Part shown: positions 48,374 to 57,681 of the stretch, piece by piece | Numbering within the stretch: position 1 is the first letter of the stretch | How the letters are laid out: every line of letters begins with the position of its first letter | IMG/VR virus record: IMGVR_UViG_3300025652_000032 | Span: 1-64,000 of that record | DNA length: 64,000 nt | Strand: one strand, 5' to 3' | Source of the DNA: a virus | Program-made: the position numbers and the translations under genes | Notes under the pieces: generated by a model | Told to the model about the DNA's origin: nothing | Databases searched by the model: none | The model's input: only the letters and a program-made list of their open reading frames with translations

Positions 48374-49957
48374 TTATTCTGGTTTGTAAAAAACCATAAT
48401 CGGTTCATACTTGAGGAACTTACCGTCTACCTTACAATAGTTCTTACACTTAGGCAATCCGTCCTCGCCTATCCGGTTCTGTCCCGGCATAGATTCCAAT
48501 GCCATCTTCAACCTGTATTTATAGACCAAACCAAACGATTCTAGAATATCTTTTGAGTCTTGTTCGAGTGGTAGGTAATTGCCTTTGATCAACACATCGG
48601 CAATATTCCACAAGAGGTATCTGCCCGGTCGCAGGTATTCGGCACAAGTCTCAAGTGTCGGTGCAAGGAAACCATGCCTCCATGAGTCATACGAACTACC
48701 GTACTTTTTGTATGACTGGTTCTCATCCTCACTATATGCTTCACGATTAAAGTATGGCGGCGAAGTGAAGATCATATCCAACTTGCCTTTATACTTTCTA
48801 AAGTCGGGATGAATATGAACTACTTCAGATCCTTCCGAGAAGATCTCGTAAGTATTCGTCTGAGAAAAGAATGGATTACCTCGGTAAGTTTTGGCATTGT
48901 AAAAATCAGCAATATGTTGATACTTACTAAGACCACTATCGGAAAAAATGTTATCAGGGTTGGGGTCGGTTCCAACATAATGAATATTCCGATCATCACG
49001 CACGGACATAGCGCCAAGGATACGACCACCCCATCCAGAAGAAGGATCGTAAACATTGATCGTCTCTTGATCTTTGATGTGTTCGGTGTATCTTTCATAC
49101 AAATACTTCGCTGTCATCGGCGGGAAGTTGACGGCAGGTTGGATGTACCCAATCCTGAAAGACTTCAGTCCTGCTGGGAAGACACGATTACCCTTCTTGT
49201 AAATACGAATTGCGTACAACTTATCGTCAGGAAGATTCTCGATATCAAACGTCGAGTGGTGACGATACGAAAGTTTGGGGATCCACTTCTCCAACTGCTC
49301 TTTTGTTAATTGGAGGATGTCTGTCTGTTGGATTTGAAAGTAACCACTGTTAAGTCCCTCACGGATCTTCACCTGCTCCAGAAGGAAGTCATATCCCTCG
49401 AACACTTCCGGACTAGTAAAGAACGCTTTCATCCAAGACATGGCATCAGGAACATCAACCACGGAATACTTCGTACTAAACTTGATAGCAGAGAGTGCAT
49501 GATTGTAGAAAGAGTCACGGCGAAGGTGTCGCAACGCACCTTTGTAAATCCTCTCGAACTTTGTGTCGTCGGCAAACAGATCATAAATCGAGTACCCATT
49601 ATCACTATCACTGTAGTTGATTCTGGTCTTCATCATATTAGAGAAGAACTGATCTACCTCGACACCCATGCGTGACTTGTTTACAATCACGTCGTCTTCA
49701 ACATCAGACAGTTCATCTGTCTTTGTAAATGTGTGTACAGGATACTCAGCAAGTTTGTTCCAGTTGTCGATGATGACATCTTCGGTCTTACCCATACGAG
49801 GCGGACTGCCGGTTTCATCCCATGATTTGAGAATAGTTTTCCTCATCTCACCTACCCACACACGGAACTCGTCGGGTGTCATCGACAAAAGATCTTCAAA
49901 CAGAACATTCATTTCTGATTCAACGACTGCTGTATTTTTTTCGTAAAAGGGTTTCAT
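48374..49957 (-). CDS. DNA amino-methyltransferase (m4C or m6A)
   Basis: Motif I YDPSSGWGGR and motif IV FTSPPYF. Confidence 0.85.
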   Translation of the reverse strand: MKPFYEKNTAVVESEMNVLFEDLLSMTPDEFRVWVGEMRKTILKSWDETGSPPRMGKTEDVIIDNWNKLAEYPVHTFTKTDELSDVEDDVIVNKSRMGVEVDQFFSNMMKTRINYSDSDNGYSIYDLFADDTKFERIYKGALRHLRRDSFYNHALSAIKFSTKYSVVDVPDAMSWMKAFFTSPEVFEGYDFLLEQVKIREGLNSGYFQIQQTDILQLTKEQLEKWIPKLSYRHHSTFDIENLPDDKLYAIRIYKKGNRVFPAGLKSFRIGYIQPAVNFPPMTAKYLYERYTEHIKDQETINVYDPSSGWGGRILGAMSVRDDRNIHYVGTDPNPDNIFSDSGLSKYQHIADFYNAKTYRGNPFFSQTNTYEIFSEGSEVVHIHPDFRKYKGKLDMIFTSPPYFNREAYSEDENQSYKKYGSSYDSWRHGFLAPTLETCAEYLRPGRYLLWNIADVLIKGNYLPLEQDSKDILESFGLVYKYRLKMALESMPGQNRIGEDGLPKCKNYCKVDGKFLKYEPIMVFYKPE

Positions 49958-50718
49958 GCTCCAACATTCCAAAAAAGTGCGCCGGGACTAGCATGTTCTT
50001 TGATGAACTGCCATGCCTTAGCGTCATAGGTAATCGCTGATGGAAAAGGTGGTATCACCTTTGCGGGTTTATTAAAAGCAATCTCGCACTTGTACGTCTT
50101 TGCTCTTCCGTAATTTCCTTTGTGTCCAACGGTAACACAATGAAAGTCTGCATCTGGCCAAGCGAGTTGGAGTCCTCGCGTAAGGGTTCCTGATGAACCG
50201 ACTGTCCATACTTCGTTTGGTCGAACATCGCACCGTAAAGCAACCCTAATGATGGAAGCGACAACAGTAGGATGGTCAAAACCAATAGGGAGTAATGCAC
50301 GGCGGTTTCTATCTTCTGCAACATAATCTCTTGCTCTCTTTTCTGTGACACTCAACATCCCGTTGGGTATCCATTTCATTATAGCACCTTCATGTATTGC
50401 TTGCAACTGATAATCATGAAGTTTATCCCATGCCCTTTCGGCCATGAAAACTACTGCCTTTTTACCATATCTGCGGCATAAGGAAGCAAGAGAAATCTGT
50501 GCGTACCCAGTTGCCGGAGAACTCCCATATACCCATTCTTCGATCTCCTCGTTAGATTTAATTAAGTAATCGGCGAATCGCATCTTCGATCCACCACCAA
50601 GTAGGTCATCACGAACAACTTGTATACCTTCGTGTTCCTCAATCACGGGATCGGGCAACGTGTCTTGCCAATCACCAATCAGAGGAAGGTAGTCATCAAT
50701 TGTTTCTTGGAATAACAT
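49954..50718 (-). CDS. PLP-dependent fold-type II enzyme (D-cysteine desulfhydrase/ACC deaminase-like)
   Basis: VRDDL.GGGSKMR, GYAQ.SLA, VGSSGTL..G. Confidence 0.75.
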   Translation of the reverse strand: MLFQETIDDYLPLIGDWQDTLPDPVIEEHEGIQVVRDDLLGGGSKMRFADYLIKSNEEIEEWVYGSSPATGYAQISLASLCRRYGKKAVVFMAERAWDKLHDYQLQAIHEGAIMKWIPNGMLSVTEKRARDYVAEDRNRRALLPIGFDHPTVVASIIRVALRCDVRPNEVWTVGSSGTLTRGLQLAWPDADFHCVTVGHKGNYGRAKTYKCEIAFNKPAKVIPPFPSAITYDAKAWQFIKEHASPGALFWNVGA

Positions 50719-50719
50719 A

Positions 50720-52435
50720 TCACACCATCTTACTAAAGTTGTTCTTCTTTACAAAGGTCATGGCATCCGGGAACTTGTCCACCAACTGATCAGACTTGTG
50801 ACTGATCACAAAGATGTTGCAGTTCTTGCCTAGTTCATGCAGTAACTTAATGAACTCTTCGGTTCCGCCGGCGTCCAGAGATGAATCAAACACTTCGTCT
50901 AGAATTAGAAGGTTTGTGTTTGCACTGTTCTTCATTCTGGCAACTTCTCTCCACGCCAGAAGAAGTGCAAGATCAATCCGCATCTTTTCGCCCTCACTGA
51001 AACTCATGTAACTGAACTCATCTCTGTGCCGACTCTTGATTGTCTCATTGAAGTTTTCATCTAATGTAAACTTAACAAAGAAGTCCATGGCAGTAAGATA
51101 CTTGTTGATCAGTTTGTTCATGATCGGAAGGTAATACTTAATGATCTTTGCTTTGATTCCCTTGTCCTTCAGGAGATCAAGAACAACAGATAAATTATAC
51201 AACTCTTTAGTTGCCTCATCAATTTGTGTTTTGAAATCTGAAGTCTTTTGTCGCAGTTCTTCTAGACGTTCCCTTTCTTCTACAAGATTACCACGCTCCG
51301 TCATGATCTCGGTAATGTCTTTCTGTAGTTTGCTGGCATACTTCATCAGAGAGTTTTGTGAATGGGTTTCCTGTGACACATCATTCTGTAGTTTACCCAC
51401 TGTCTTCATGATCTGTTGTGTTTCTGAAAGAACTGACTCTTTAGTTTTCAATTGATCAGCAAGTGTAACGATACCCTCAGCAATCTCATCGATCTTTTCT
51501 TTCTTACCAGAGACACATGTTGTCTTGTGTTCTTCGTTTATCTCTTGACCACACGTTGGACAGTTATCGTTATCTGTATAGAAGGTGATTTCCTTTTCAA
51601 GTCTCTTAATATTCTTTTCCATCTGACTAGAAAGATTATCTAGTTTTCGGATTTCTCCTGTCAACGTATCACTGGAATCACAATTCTCTAGGAGTTCATC
51701 TACAGTATCCTGAATACCTTTGACTGCCTCTTGTGACAGTGCTATCTGTGACTGAGTTTCTTTCAGTTCATCTTCGCACTTTTTGATAGATGAGTCTGAT
51801 TTATCCTCGATTGTTTGAATGAACTTTTCTTGTTGAGATATACGATCGGATGTCAAAGTCATTTGATATTTAAGATCTTTTGTCTCGTCTTTATTTGTGG
51901 AGATCTTACCCTTGATCAATGTATTCATTATGGAGAAAATATTAATGTCAAGGATATCCTCAATCACATCACGACGATCGGCCGCAGACAACTGCATAAA
52001 GGGAATGAAAGATGAAGAACCAAGAATCACAACCTGAGTAAATGACTTGTAGTTCATTTTCAAGATCTGTTCTTCAAGCATTCGTTGGTAGTCCTTTGCT
52101 TTTGAGTCTTGATCAAGTAGTTTACCGTCGTGATATATTTCGAATAACTTCGGAGCAATACCGCGACACACTTTATACTCAGACTTACCAATTGTAAATT
52201 GAACCTCGACGTAACAATCCTTCTGGTTAATACTATTGACTAACTGAGGAAGGTTGATCTTTCGAAAAGGTTTTCCAAACAATGCAAAGGTAATAGAATC
52301 AAGCAACGCGAACGATTTACCGTTTCCGTTGTTGCCTGAAACTAATGTAGTTTTCTTATTTTTTAAATCGATGGTGGTAAGATAGTTACCAAACGATCCA
52401 AAGTTTTTGAACCGAACATAATCAAATAAAATCAT
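50720..52435 (-). CDS. gp46: Recombination endonuclease ATPase subunit (Rad50/SbcC-like)
   Basis: G.NGNGKS, CPTC hook, FSEGE, LILDE. Confidence 0.95.
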   Translation of the reverse strand: MILFDYVRFKNFGSFGNYLTTIDLKNKKTTLVSGNNGNGKSFALLDSITFALFGKPFRKINLPQLVNSINQKDCYVEVQFTIGKSEYKVCRGIAPKLFEIYHDGKLLDQDSKAKDYQRMLEEQILKMNYKSFTQVVILGSSSFIPFMQLSAADRRDVIEDILDINIFSIMNTLIKGKISTNKDETKDLKYQMTLTSDRISQQEKFIQTIEDKSDSSIKKCEDELKETQSQIALSQEAVKGIQDTVDELLENCDSSDTLTGEIRKLDNLSSQMEKNIKRLEKEITFYTDNDNCPTCGQEINEEHKTTCVSGKKEKIDEIAEGIVTLADQLKTKESVLSETQQIMKTVGKLQNDVSQETHSQNSLMKYASKLQKDITEIMTERGNLVEERERLEELRQKTSDFKTQIDEATKELYNLSVVLDLLKDKGIKAKIIKYYLPIMNKLINKYLTAMDFFVKFTLDENFNETIKSRHRDEFSYMSFSEGEKMRIDLALLLAWREVARMKNSANTNLLILDEVFDSSLDAGGTEEFIKLLHELGKNCNIFVISHKSDQLVDKFPDAMTFVKKNNFSKMV

Positions 52436-52441
52436 TCCTGA

Positions 52442-52885
52442 TCAACTCTCCGTGGTATCTGGTTGATTCTTTTCTATTGCAGCGAGACGCTCTCGCTCTA
52501 GTCTGGCCGCCTCACACGGCGCACACTTCTTCTCTGGTTCAGATCCATTTCGTGCAGGGGTTCCTTTTGATGCACGGTGTAATCTCTGTTTCATTAATTC
52601 TTCTCGTAGTTTCTTTTGTTCTGGTGTCAAAAGTTCCTCCGTTGCTGCTGCAAAATGTGCCTTGATGGTTTCGTTTTCTCCGGCCTGTTGCTTTGCTTTT
52701 GCCTCTTGCGAGACTTTCATTGCTTCTCGGAACCACTTATATGGAAACTTCTTGTTTAACCATGCCTGTCGTCCTTGGCAACCACATCCCGGTTTCTGCT
52801 TAACTAATCCAAAGGTAGTCACTTCAATTGCCTTTTTTACGGTATCACCCAAACCACGACTTCGCTTTTTTTTATTATCACTCAT
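52442..52885 (-). CDS. Hypothetical protein with Cys motifs
   Basis: GLGDTV...GCGCQGRQ.WLN..FPY; C-terminal CAPC. Confidence 0.65.
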   Translation of the reverse strand: MSDNKKKRSRGLGDTVKKAIEVTTFGLVKQKPGCGCQGRQAWLNKKFPYKWFREAMKVSQEAKAKQQAGENETIKAHFAAATEELLTPEQKKLREELMKQRLHRASKGTPARNGSEPEKKCAPCEAARLERERLAAIEKNQPDTTES

Positions 52886-53937
52886 TGTGAAAGTGCCTCC
52901 ATATACACTGAACGAATTAATTCTTTAATCTTACCTGTGTTGACATTTTCAAGTGTGTCAACTTCATTATATATAAGAGTTATTGTGTCTTTCGTCATGT
53001 CAACAACTTCTTCTTCTTCAATTTCTTCCCCATAGTCTTCGACTATGGTCAAGTTCTGTACTTGTGTATCATAGAACTTATCACACAGTTTGTCAAACGT
53101 ATAAGGTTTAGTTTTATTGATAACAAAAATCTTGACATAGGTATTCTTGAAATCATTAAAGTCCATCTTGTTTATGATCTCGTCATAATCGGTCTTTGAA
53201 TCATCATAGTACAAGAAGTGAAATAGTTTGTTTGGGTTCTCAACAAACTCAATTGCTCTTGTTTCTGTATCGAGAACATGAAACCCCTTCTTCTCTTTGA
53301 GATCCGAGAAGGTAATTTGATACTGTGTACCAAGGTAATGAACATTGTTCTGGCTGTGCTTTCCGTGGAAGTGACCAGAGAGAACCATCTCAAATCTTTT
53401 GAGTGGATCATCATCCATTCCCCCATCAAACTTTACACCACGCATCACTTCATAACCATTCAATTCAAAATGACCACCTACGATAGATGCCTTCGTATTC
53501 TTAAGAAACGACAACACATCTTCTCGATTCCTTTTGTTTATCCAAGGAACAAGGGCAATTAATGTGCCGTCGTAATCCACCTCAACAGGCGATTCGTGAA
53601 GGTGGAAATTGTCATACCTGTCACCAAACAATTCTTTCGGTGAATTTAGATCGTTCGTATTCTTAAAGTAAGTATCATGGTTGCCAATAATACAATTGAC
53701 ATTCAATCCATTCTCTCTCATAGGTTCCATGAAGTTTTTGCGAACCTGAGACAGCGTACTGAAGTTAACAAACTTGCGACGATCCATAAGATCACCCAAG
53801 TGAATTACCTCTGTAATATTGTGTTCTTTGCAATACGGAAAAAATATCTCGTCAAAGAACTTGTTTATGTACTCTGCGAAAGTAGTGGAGTCATTGCGAA
53901 CTCCAAAGTGAGTATCATTAATCAACGCAATTTTCAT
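52882..53937 (-). CDS. gp47: Recombination endonuclease nuclease subunit (Mre11/SbcD-like)
   Basis: DTHFG, LGD, GNHD, GHF, SGHFH. Confidence 0.95.
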   Translation of the reverse strand: MKIALINDTHFGVRNDSTTFAEYINKFFDEIFFPYCKEHNITEVIHLGDLMDRRKFVNFSTLSQVRKNFMEPMRENGLNVNCIIGNHDTYFKNTNDLNSPKELFGDRYDNFHLHESPVEVDYDGTLIALVPWINKRNREDVLSFLKNTKASIVGGHFELNGYEVMRGVKFDGGMDDDPLKRFEMVLSGHFHGKHSQNNVHYLGTQYQITFSDLKEKKGFHVLDTETRAIEFVENPNKLFHFLYYDDSKTDYDEIINKMDFNDFKNTYVKIFVINKTKPYTFDKLCDKFYDTQVQNLTIVEDYGEEIEEEEVVDMTKDTITLIYNEVDTLENVNTGKIKELIRSVYMEALSQ

Positions 53938-54455
53938 TCAGACTTTTTCCTTTTAGTCTTCTTCTTTGGTTCGAACTTCACCAAATCATTTTCAGTGATA
54001 TCAAAAATATCCGTATACTTCTTATCTTCATCGAAGTAATTATTCTTGAACCACTTCCTAAACTCGCCGAAGTCATCTGCCTCAATTGTTGCCTTATACT
54101 TGATATAATTCTGCTTCTTCTCTTTCTGAATTCTTCGGAGAAATGCAAAATAGATTATCTGAGTGAAGTATGAGAACGGGTTTGTTGACTTCTCTGGATC
54201 GAAGTTGCTTGCATACATTACACAGTTTTCGATGCCGTCACCAATCATATCATCCTTAAAAGGATAATTGATAAAGTTTGGTTTGTATGAAAGGTGTTCT
54301 GCGATCTTCAAAAAACACTCACCCACATAGTCGGGGATGACTGGTTTCGGTTCGCCAGCATCTTCTGCTGCCTTGATCTCTTCTTTCCATTCACACATCA
54401 CACCGAAAAATTCTTTGTTGTCGATGTAATGGTTTGCTTTTTTCTTCTTTGCCAT
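53934..54455 (-). CDS. gp55: Late-transcription sigma factor
   Basis: HYIDNK.F, IAEHLSYKPNFINY, DMI.DGIENC, NPFSYFTQI...FLRRI.KEKKQ. Confidence 0.95.
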   Translation of the reverse strand: MAKKKKANHYIDNKEFFGVMCEWKEEIKAAEDAGEPKPVIPDYVGECFLKIAEHLSYKPNFINYPFKDDMIGDGIENCVMYASNFDPEKSTNPFSYFTQIIYFAFLRRIQKEKKQNYIKYKATIEADDFGEFRKWFKNNYFDEDKKYTDIFDITENDLVKFEPKKKTKRKKSE

Positions 54456-54480
54456 GATGTACTTCCTTGTCCTTGTTAAT

Positions 54481-54509
54481 ACTATAGTCTATGTTTCTCG
54501 CTTTGTCAA
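54481..54509 (-). promoter_or_regulatory. sigma70 promoter for gp55-gp47-gp46
   Basis: TTGACA-17 nt-TATAGT then AAGGA RBS. Confidence 0.8.
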
Positions 54510-54529
54510 AGAAATAATTAATTTTTTTC

Positions 54530-54558
54530 TTGACAGGTTTTCAATACCTAGTTACAAT
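54530..54558 (+). promoter_or_regulatory. Divergent sigma70 promoter firing antisense into 54587-55174 and uvsW
   Basis: TTGACA-17 nt-TACAAT with AT-rich upstream tract. Confidence 0.7.
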
Positions 54559-54586
54559 CATCTGTGCCAGGTTTCAGAAAGGTATA

Positions 54587-55174
54587 TTAAAACTTATCTT
54601 CATCTGGCCAATCCTTAAACCTATCGTTGTTGTTGAACCAGTCGTCGTCATCTTCGACCTCTTCGTCGATGTCCTCGGGTTCACCGAGTAGGCCTTGGTT
54701 TAGCATTTGCATGAAAACTTGCGGCGGGATGGCCATATTCATTTGAATGAAATCCTGAAACCGTTGCTGCTCCATCATTTTTTGAGTGAGAGCATCGCGT
54801 ATCATATTTTCTTCGGCAATATTCTTTGGTGGAGTTGCTTGTGGTTTTGATACCTCCGGCAGACCTGCTAGGTTATCGTATGGTGGATCCAAATCGTCTG
54901 CCTCTTTTTGTTTGAGGTATAGATCGACCGTTGGTGTATCTGGGGTTAAAAAGGTTGCAACCCAATCCTCTGGGATTTTGGTGTTGGATTCATTTGTATG
55001 ATCCAACCAATCTCTCAGAATAAGAACATCTCGCCGCATTCCTTCCTGAGTTATTTGTGTTGTCACTTTCATTTGCATAGGGCGTTCGATGAGCAGTTTT
55101 CCTCCTGCTTTGCCTTTGATGCGGGTGATGATATCATCGCCGCTTCTTAATTTTAAAATTCGGTAGGGTGTCAT
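54587..55174 (-). CDS. Conserved hypothetical protein of the uvsW-gp55 interval
   Basis: YRILKL.SGDDII....P SH3/Sm-like N-terminus; acidic tail; synteny. Confidence 0.75.
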   Translation of the reverse strand: MTPYRILKLRSGDDIITRIKGKAGGKLLIERPMQMKVTTQITQEGMRRDVLILRDWLDHTNESNTKIPEDWVATFLTPDTPTVDLYLKQKEADDLDPPYDNLAGLPEVSKPQATPPKNIAEENMIRDALTQKMMEQQRFQDFIQMNMAIPPQVFMQMLNQGLLGEPEDIDEEVEDDDDWFNNNDRFKDWPDEDKF

Positions 55175-55187
55175 TCTATCTCTCCTC

Positions 55188-56681
55188 CTAAATTTTAATA
55201 TTTACTTGTCGAACTTTAAATTGCTCAGACTTGTAAATCTTAATTCGTTCTATAAAGTGCCTTAGAGTATGATTTTTATATGACTTCCAACTTAGATCAT
55301 CTCCAATGTCATATAGGTGTGCCGTTTTCTTATCGTCTGACTTCCTTAACTGCCTTCCTATACTTTGTAAAACTCGAATTCTGCTTTTCGATGGGGATGC
55401 GAAAATGATATTATGTAGTTTGCGAATAGAAATTCCCGTACTAAACGTACCATAAGACGCCACAATTATAGCGTCGTTTTCTTTCTCTGTAATTTTCCGA
55501 ATCTGTTCTCTGGTTTCAACATCTGTGCCTCCATGAACAAAGAAGATTTTACGGTCTGGATTCTTCTTCTCTAATATACTATGTAGGTATTTCCCGTGGT
55601 TATCTACGAATTGAAACAGAACAAGAGTATTTCCCTTGAGTGAAAGTGCCATATCACGAATGAAATTGTTTCGTTTTTCGTTAAACACCAACCATTTCAT
55701 CTCGTCCTGATACTTTAATTTTTTTGCTTCTTTTTTCTCTTCATCTGAGTAAGACAGAAGAATAGAATCAATCTCCAATGATGAAACCAGATCCTTATCC
55801 ATCAATGACTTTGTGGAGATAACATTGTATGTCGGTCCAAACAAACCTTCGATTACTAGTTTGTGTGTTGTCGTACCATCAAGAGTTCCTGTTGTCCCGA
55901 TTCGATATGGACAGTCGGTTAACTTTGTCATAAGAGTAGTGAGTGACTTCGCCTTGAACAAGTGACACTCATCTCCGAACACAGCACCGAACTGATCGAA
56001 GTATTCTTTCGGTTGCTTGTATATGCTTTGCCATGTAGACACAACAACACGCTTGTCTGTGTTCTTGTCTCTGCCAGCAAAGATGGCATGGCAGTTCTTT
56101 TTAGCATTCCATTTATTAATTTTAGAATAATCTGAAAAATCTGACAACATTTGAGAAACCAATGATGTCGTAGGGACAATGATCAGAAGTTTCTTATCTT
56201 CTGGGATGATGTCCATGTAGTAACGAATCAAAGAATAGATAATCAAACTCTTACCAGAGGCAGTAGGAGACAGAAGAAGACACCTATCAGAATTCATTGC
56301 GTGTGTTACCGCATCAACCTGATGATCATGTGCTTCGATTGCCTCGCCATTTGCATGTGGTTTCAGAAAGTCGTTTATATACTTTTTCGTTTCGTCGGAT
56401 GTTTTTCGTTTGCCTTTTTTCTTGGGTATATCCAACGAGTATGAATACTGACGATCTTCTGCGAACTTGACAACATAAGACAACAAACCCTTGTATAGAG
56501 TTTGATCGAAGACGTTATATAATTTGATAGTGCCGTCCCACATCCGGTTACGGTATTGGGGCATGAATTTATAACCCGGAACTTTGAACGTGAAAAAGTC
56601 CGAAAGTTCCTTGGATATACTTCGTTCACATCGAATCTTGATATGAACGGAGTCAACATGTTCAATAAACAAATCACTCAT
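55188..56681 (-). CDS. uvsW: DNA helicase UvsW
   Basis: SPTASGKS, STWQS, DECH, TGT, QSIGR.LR; start reassigned to MSDLFIEH. Confidence 0.95.
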   Translation of the reverse strand: MSDLFIEHVDSVHIKIRCERSISKELSDFFTFKVPGYKFMPQYRNRMWDGTIKLYNVFDQTLYKGLLSYVVKFAEDRQYSYSLDIPKKKGKRKTSDETKKYINDFLKPHANGEAIEAHDHQVDAVTHAMNSDRCLLLSPTASGKSLIIYSLIRYYMDIIPEDKKLLIIVPTTSLVSQMLSDFSDYSKINKWNAKKNCHAIFAGRDKNTDKRVVVSTWQSIYKQPKEYFDQFGAVFGDECHLFKAKSLTTLMTKLTDCPYRIGTTGTLDGTTTHKLVIEGLFGPTYNVISTKSLMDKDLVSSLEIDSILLSYSDEEKKEAKKLKYQDEMKWLVFNEKRNNFIRDMALSLKGNTLVLFQFVDNHGKYLHSILEKKNPDRKIFFVHGGTDVETREQIRKITEKENDAIIVASYGTFSTGISIRKLHNIIFASPSKSRIRVLQSIGRQLRKSDDKKTAHLYDIGDDLSWKSYKNHTLRHFIERIKIYKSEQFKVRQVNIKI

Positions 56682-56698
56682 ACCTACTATGTATGAGT
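56676..56698 (-). promoter_or_regulatory. 8-bp hairpin pairing a late-promoter variant (ATACATA) with the uvsW start codon
   Basis: ACUCAUAC-AUAGUAG-GUAUGAGU. Confidence 0.65.
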
Positions 56699-57192
56699 TA
56701 AGGGAAGAACGATCTTCCTCTGATTTTGATTTCAATTTCATCATGGGTAAAAACTTTACCTTCATAGTATTCTACATCGACACCAAATCTGTTCAGGAGG
56801 TTAAGACCAACCTGACATGACTTTCTTGATTGTGTTGGTACTTTGTCGAGAGCATTTTTATGATATACGACTTTAACAATACCGGCATCTTTGATGTACT
56901 TGCAAGATCTAGGAGACGATCCCCAAGGAACAAATAGTATCGTACCTTCTGTTGGTAGATTCGCCATTTTAAATTTATTGATTACGTTTACTTCTGCGTG
57001 TTCTGATAAGTAACGAAGATACTGTGGTGCAGACATCCACTCTTGGTAGTTTTGTATTGTATTAGAAGCACCACCAAGAATTTCTCCTTGGTGTTCAAAA
57101 CCGATACCAGCGGCATTTTTATCTATTGGGTTTGTACTATTACAGGCAATTCTATATACTTGCCTAAAGTACAGTCGGTGTGCTTCGTTCAC
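56698..57192 (-). CDS. dCMP deaminase-like protein with degenerate Zn site
   Basis: HAE present; PWGSSPRSC replaces the usual PC..C; GIVKVVY. Confidence 0.75.
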   Translation of the reverse strand: MNEAHRLYFRQVYRIACNSTNPIDKNAAGIGFEHQGEILGGASNTIQNYQEWMSAPQYLRYLSEHAEVNVINKFKMANLPTEGTILFVPWGSSPRSCKYIKDAGIVKVVYHKNALDKVPTQSRKSCQVGLNLLNRFGVDVEYYEGKVFTHDEIEIKIRGRSFFP

Positions 57193-57629
57193 TATGAAAC
57201 TCCGTTAGTAAACTTCTTCCATTCGATGGCATTACGGATCTTCCAGTGCCTATTGTTCAGTTCTTTGATGAACGACTCGACGTAGTTTAGTTTCTCTTTT
57301 GCAAGAACCATTTTGTCTTGCATAAGACACAGATCATCGTCGGAGTCTAGGTATAGATCAAGATCTTGCTTTAGAATTTTAAGGTCAAAGGGTTCCCACT
57401 CAAGGCGTTCCAGATCTTCTTCTGACATTTTGCCTGTGTAGTATTCCCACTTGATTCTCTTTAGAGATCTATAGTCTCGTTCGACCTTAGATAAATCGAA
57501 CTTACACTCCATGAGAATATTCATGTACTTATTATGCAGTTGTGGAATCTTGAGAGATTCAATATCCAGTGCCGTATCGTCAAGAACAGAATCTCTCTCT
57601 GCCATACGCCGTAGTTCATCAAGTTTCAT
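57192..57629 (-). CDS. uvsY: Recombination mediator UvsY
   Basis: ESLKIPQLH.KY, K.EYY.GK, YLD.D, I.NAIEW.KF. Confidence 0.92.
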   Translation of the reverse strand: MKLDELRRMAERDSVLDDTALDIESLKIPQLHNKYMNILMECKFDLSKVERDYRSLKRIKWEYYTGKMSEEDLERLEWEPFDLKILKQDLDLYLDSDDDLCLMQDKMVLAKEKLNYVESFIKELNNRHWKIRNAIEWKKFTNGVS

Positions 57630-57653
57630 AGTATACCTCCTGTGTGATACTAA

Positions 57654-57681
57654 AGTATACCACACTCACATCAAAAGTCAA
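57654..57681 (-). promoter_or_regulatory. sigma70 promoter for uvsY
   Basis: TTGACT-16 nt-TATACT with TG extension; GGAGG RBS. Confidence 0.65.

Noticed and set aside
55188-56765. ORF-track starts for uvsW and several others (thyX 20983, uvsX 25834, uvsY 57665, 48408)
   Set aside because: Upstream in-frame starts overlap neighbouring genes or promoters; RBS- or overlap-supported downstream starts were used instead.
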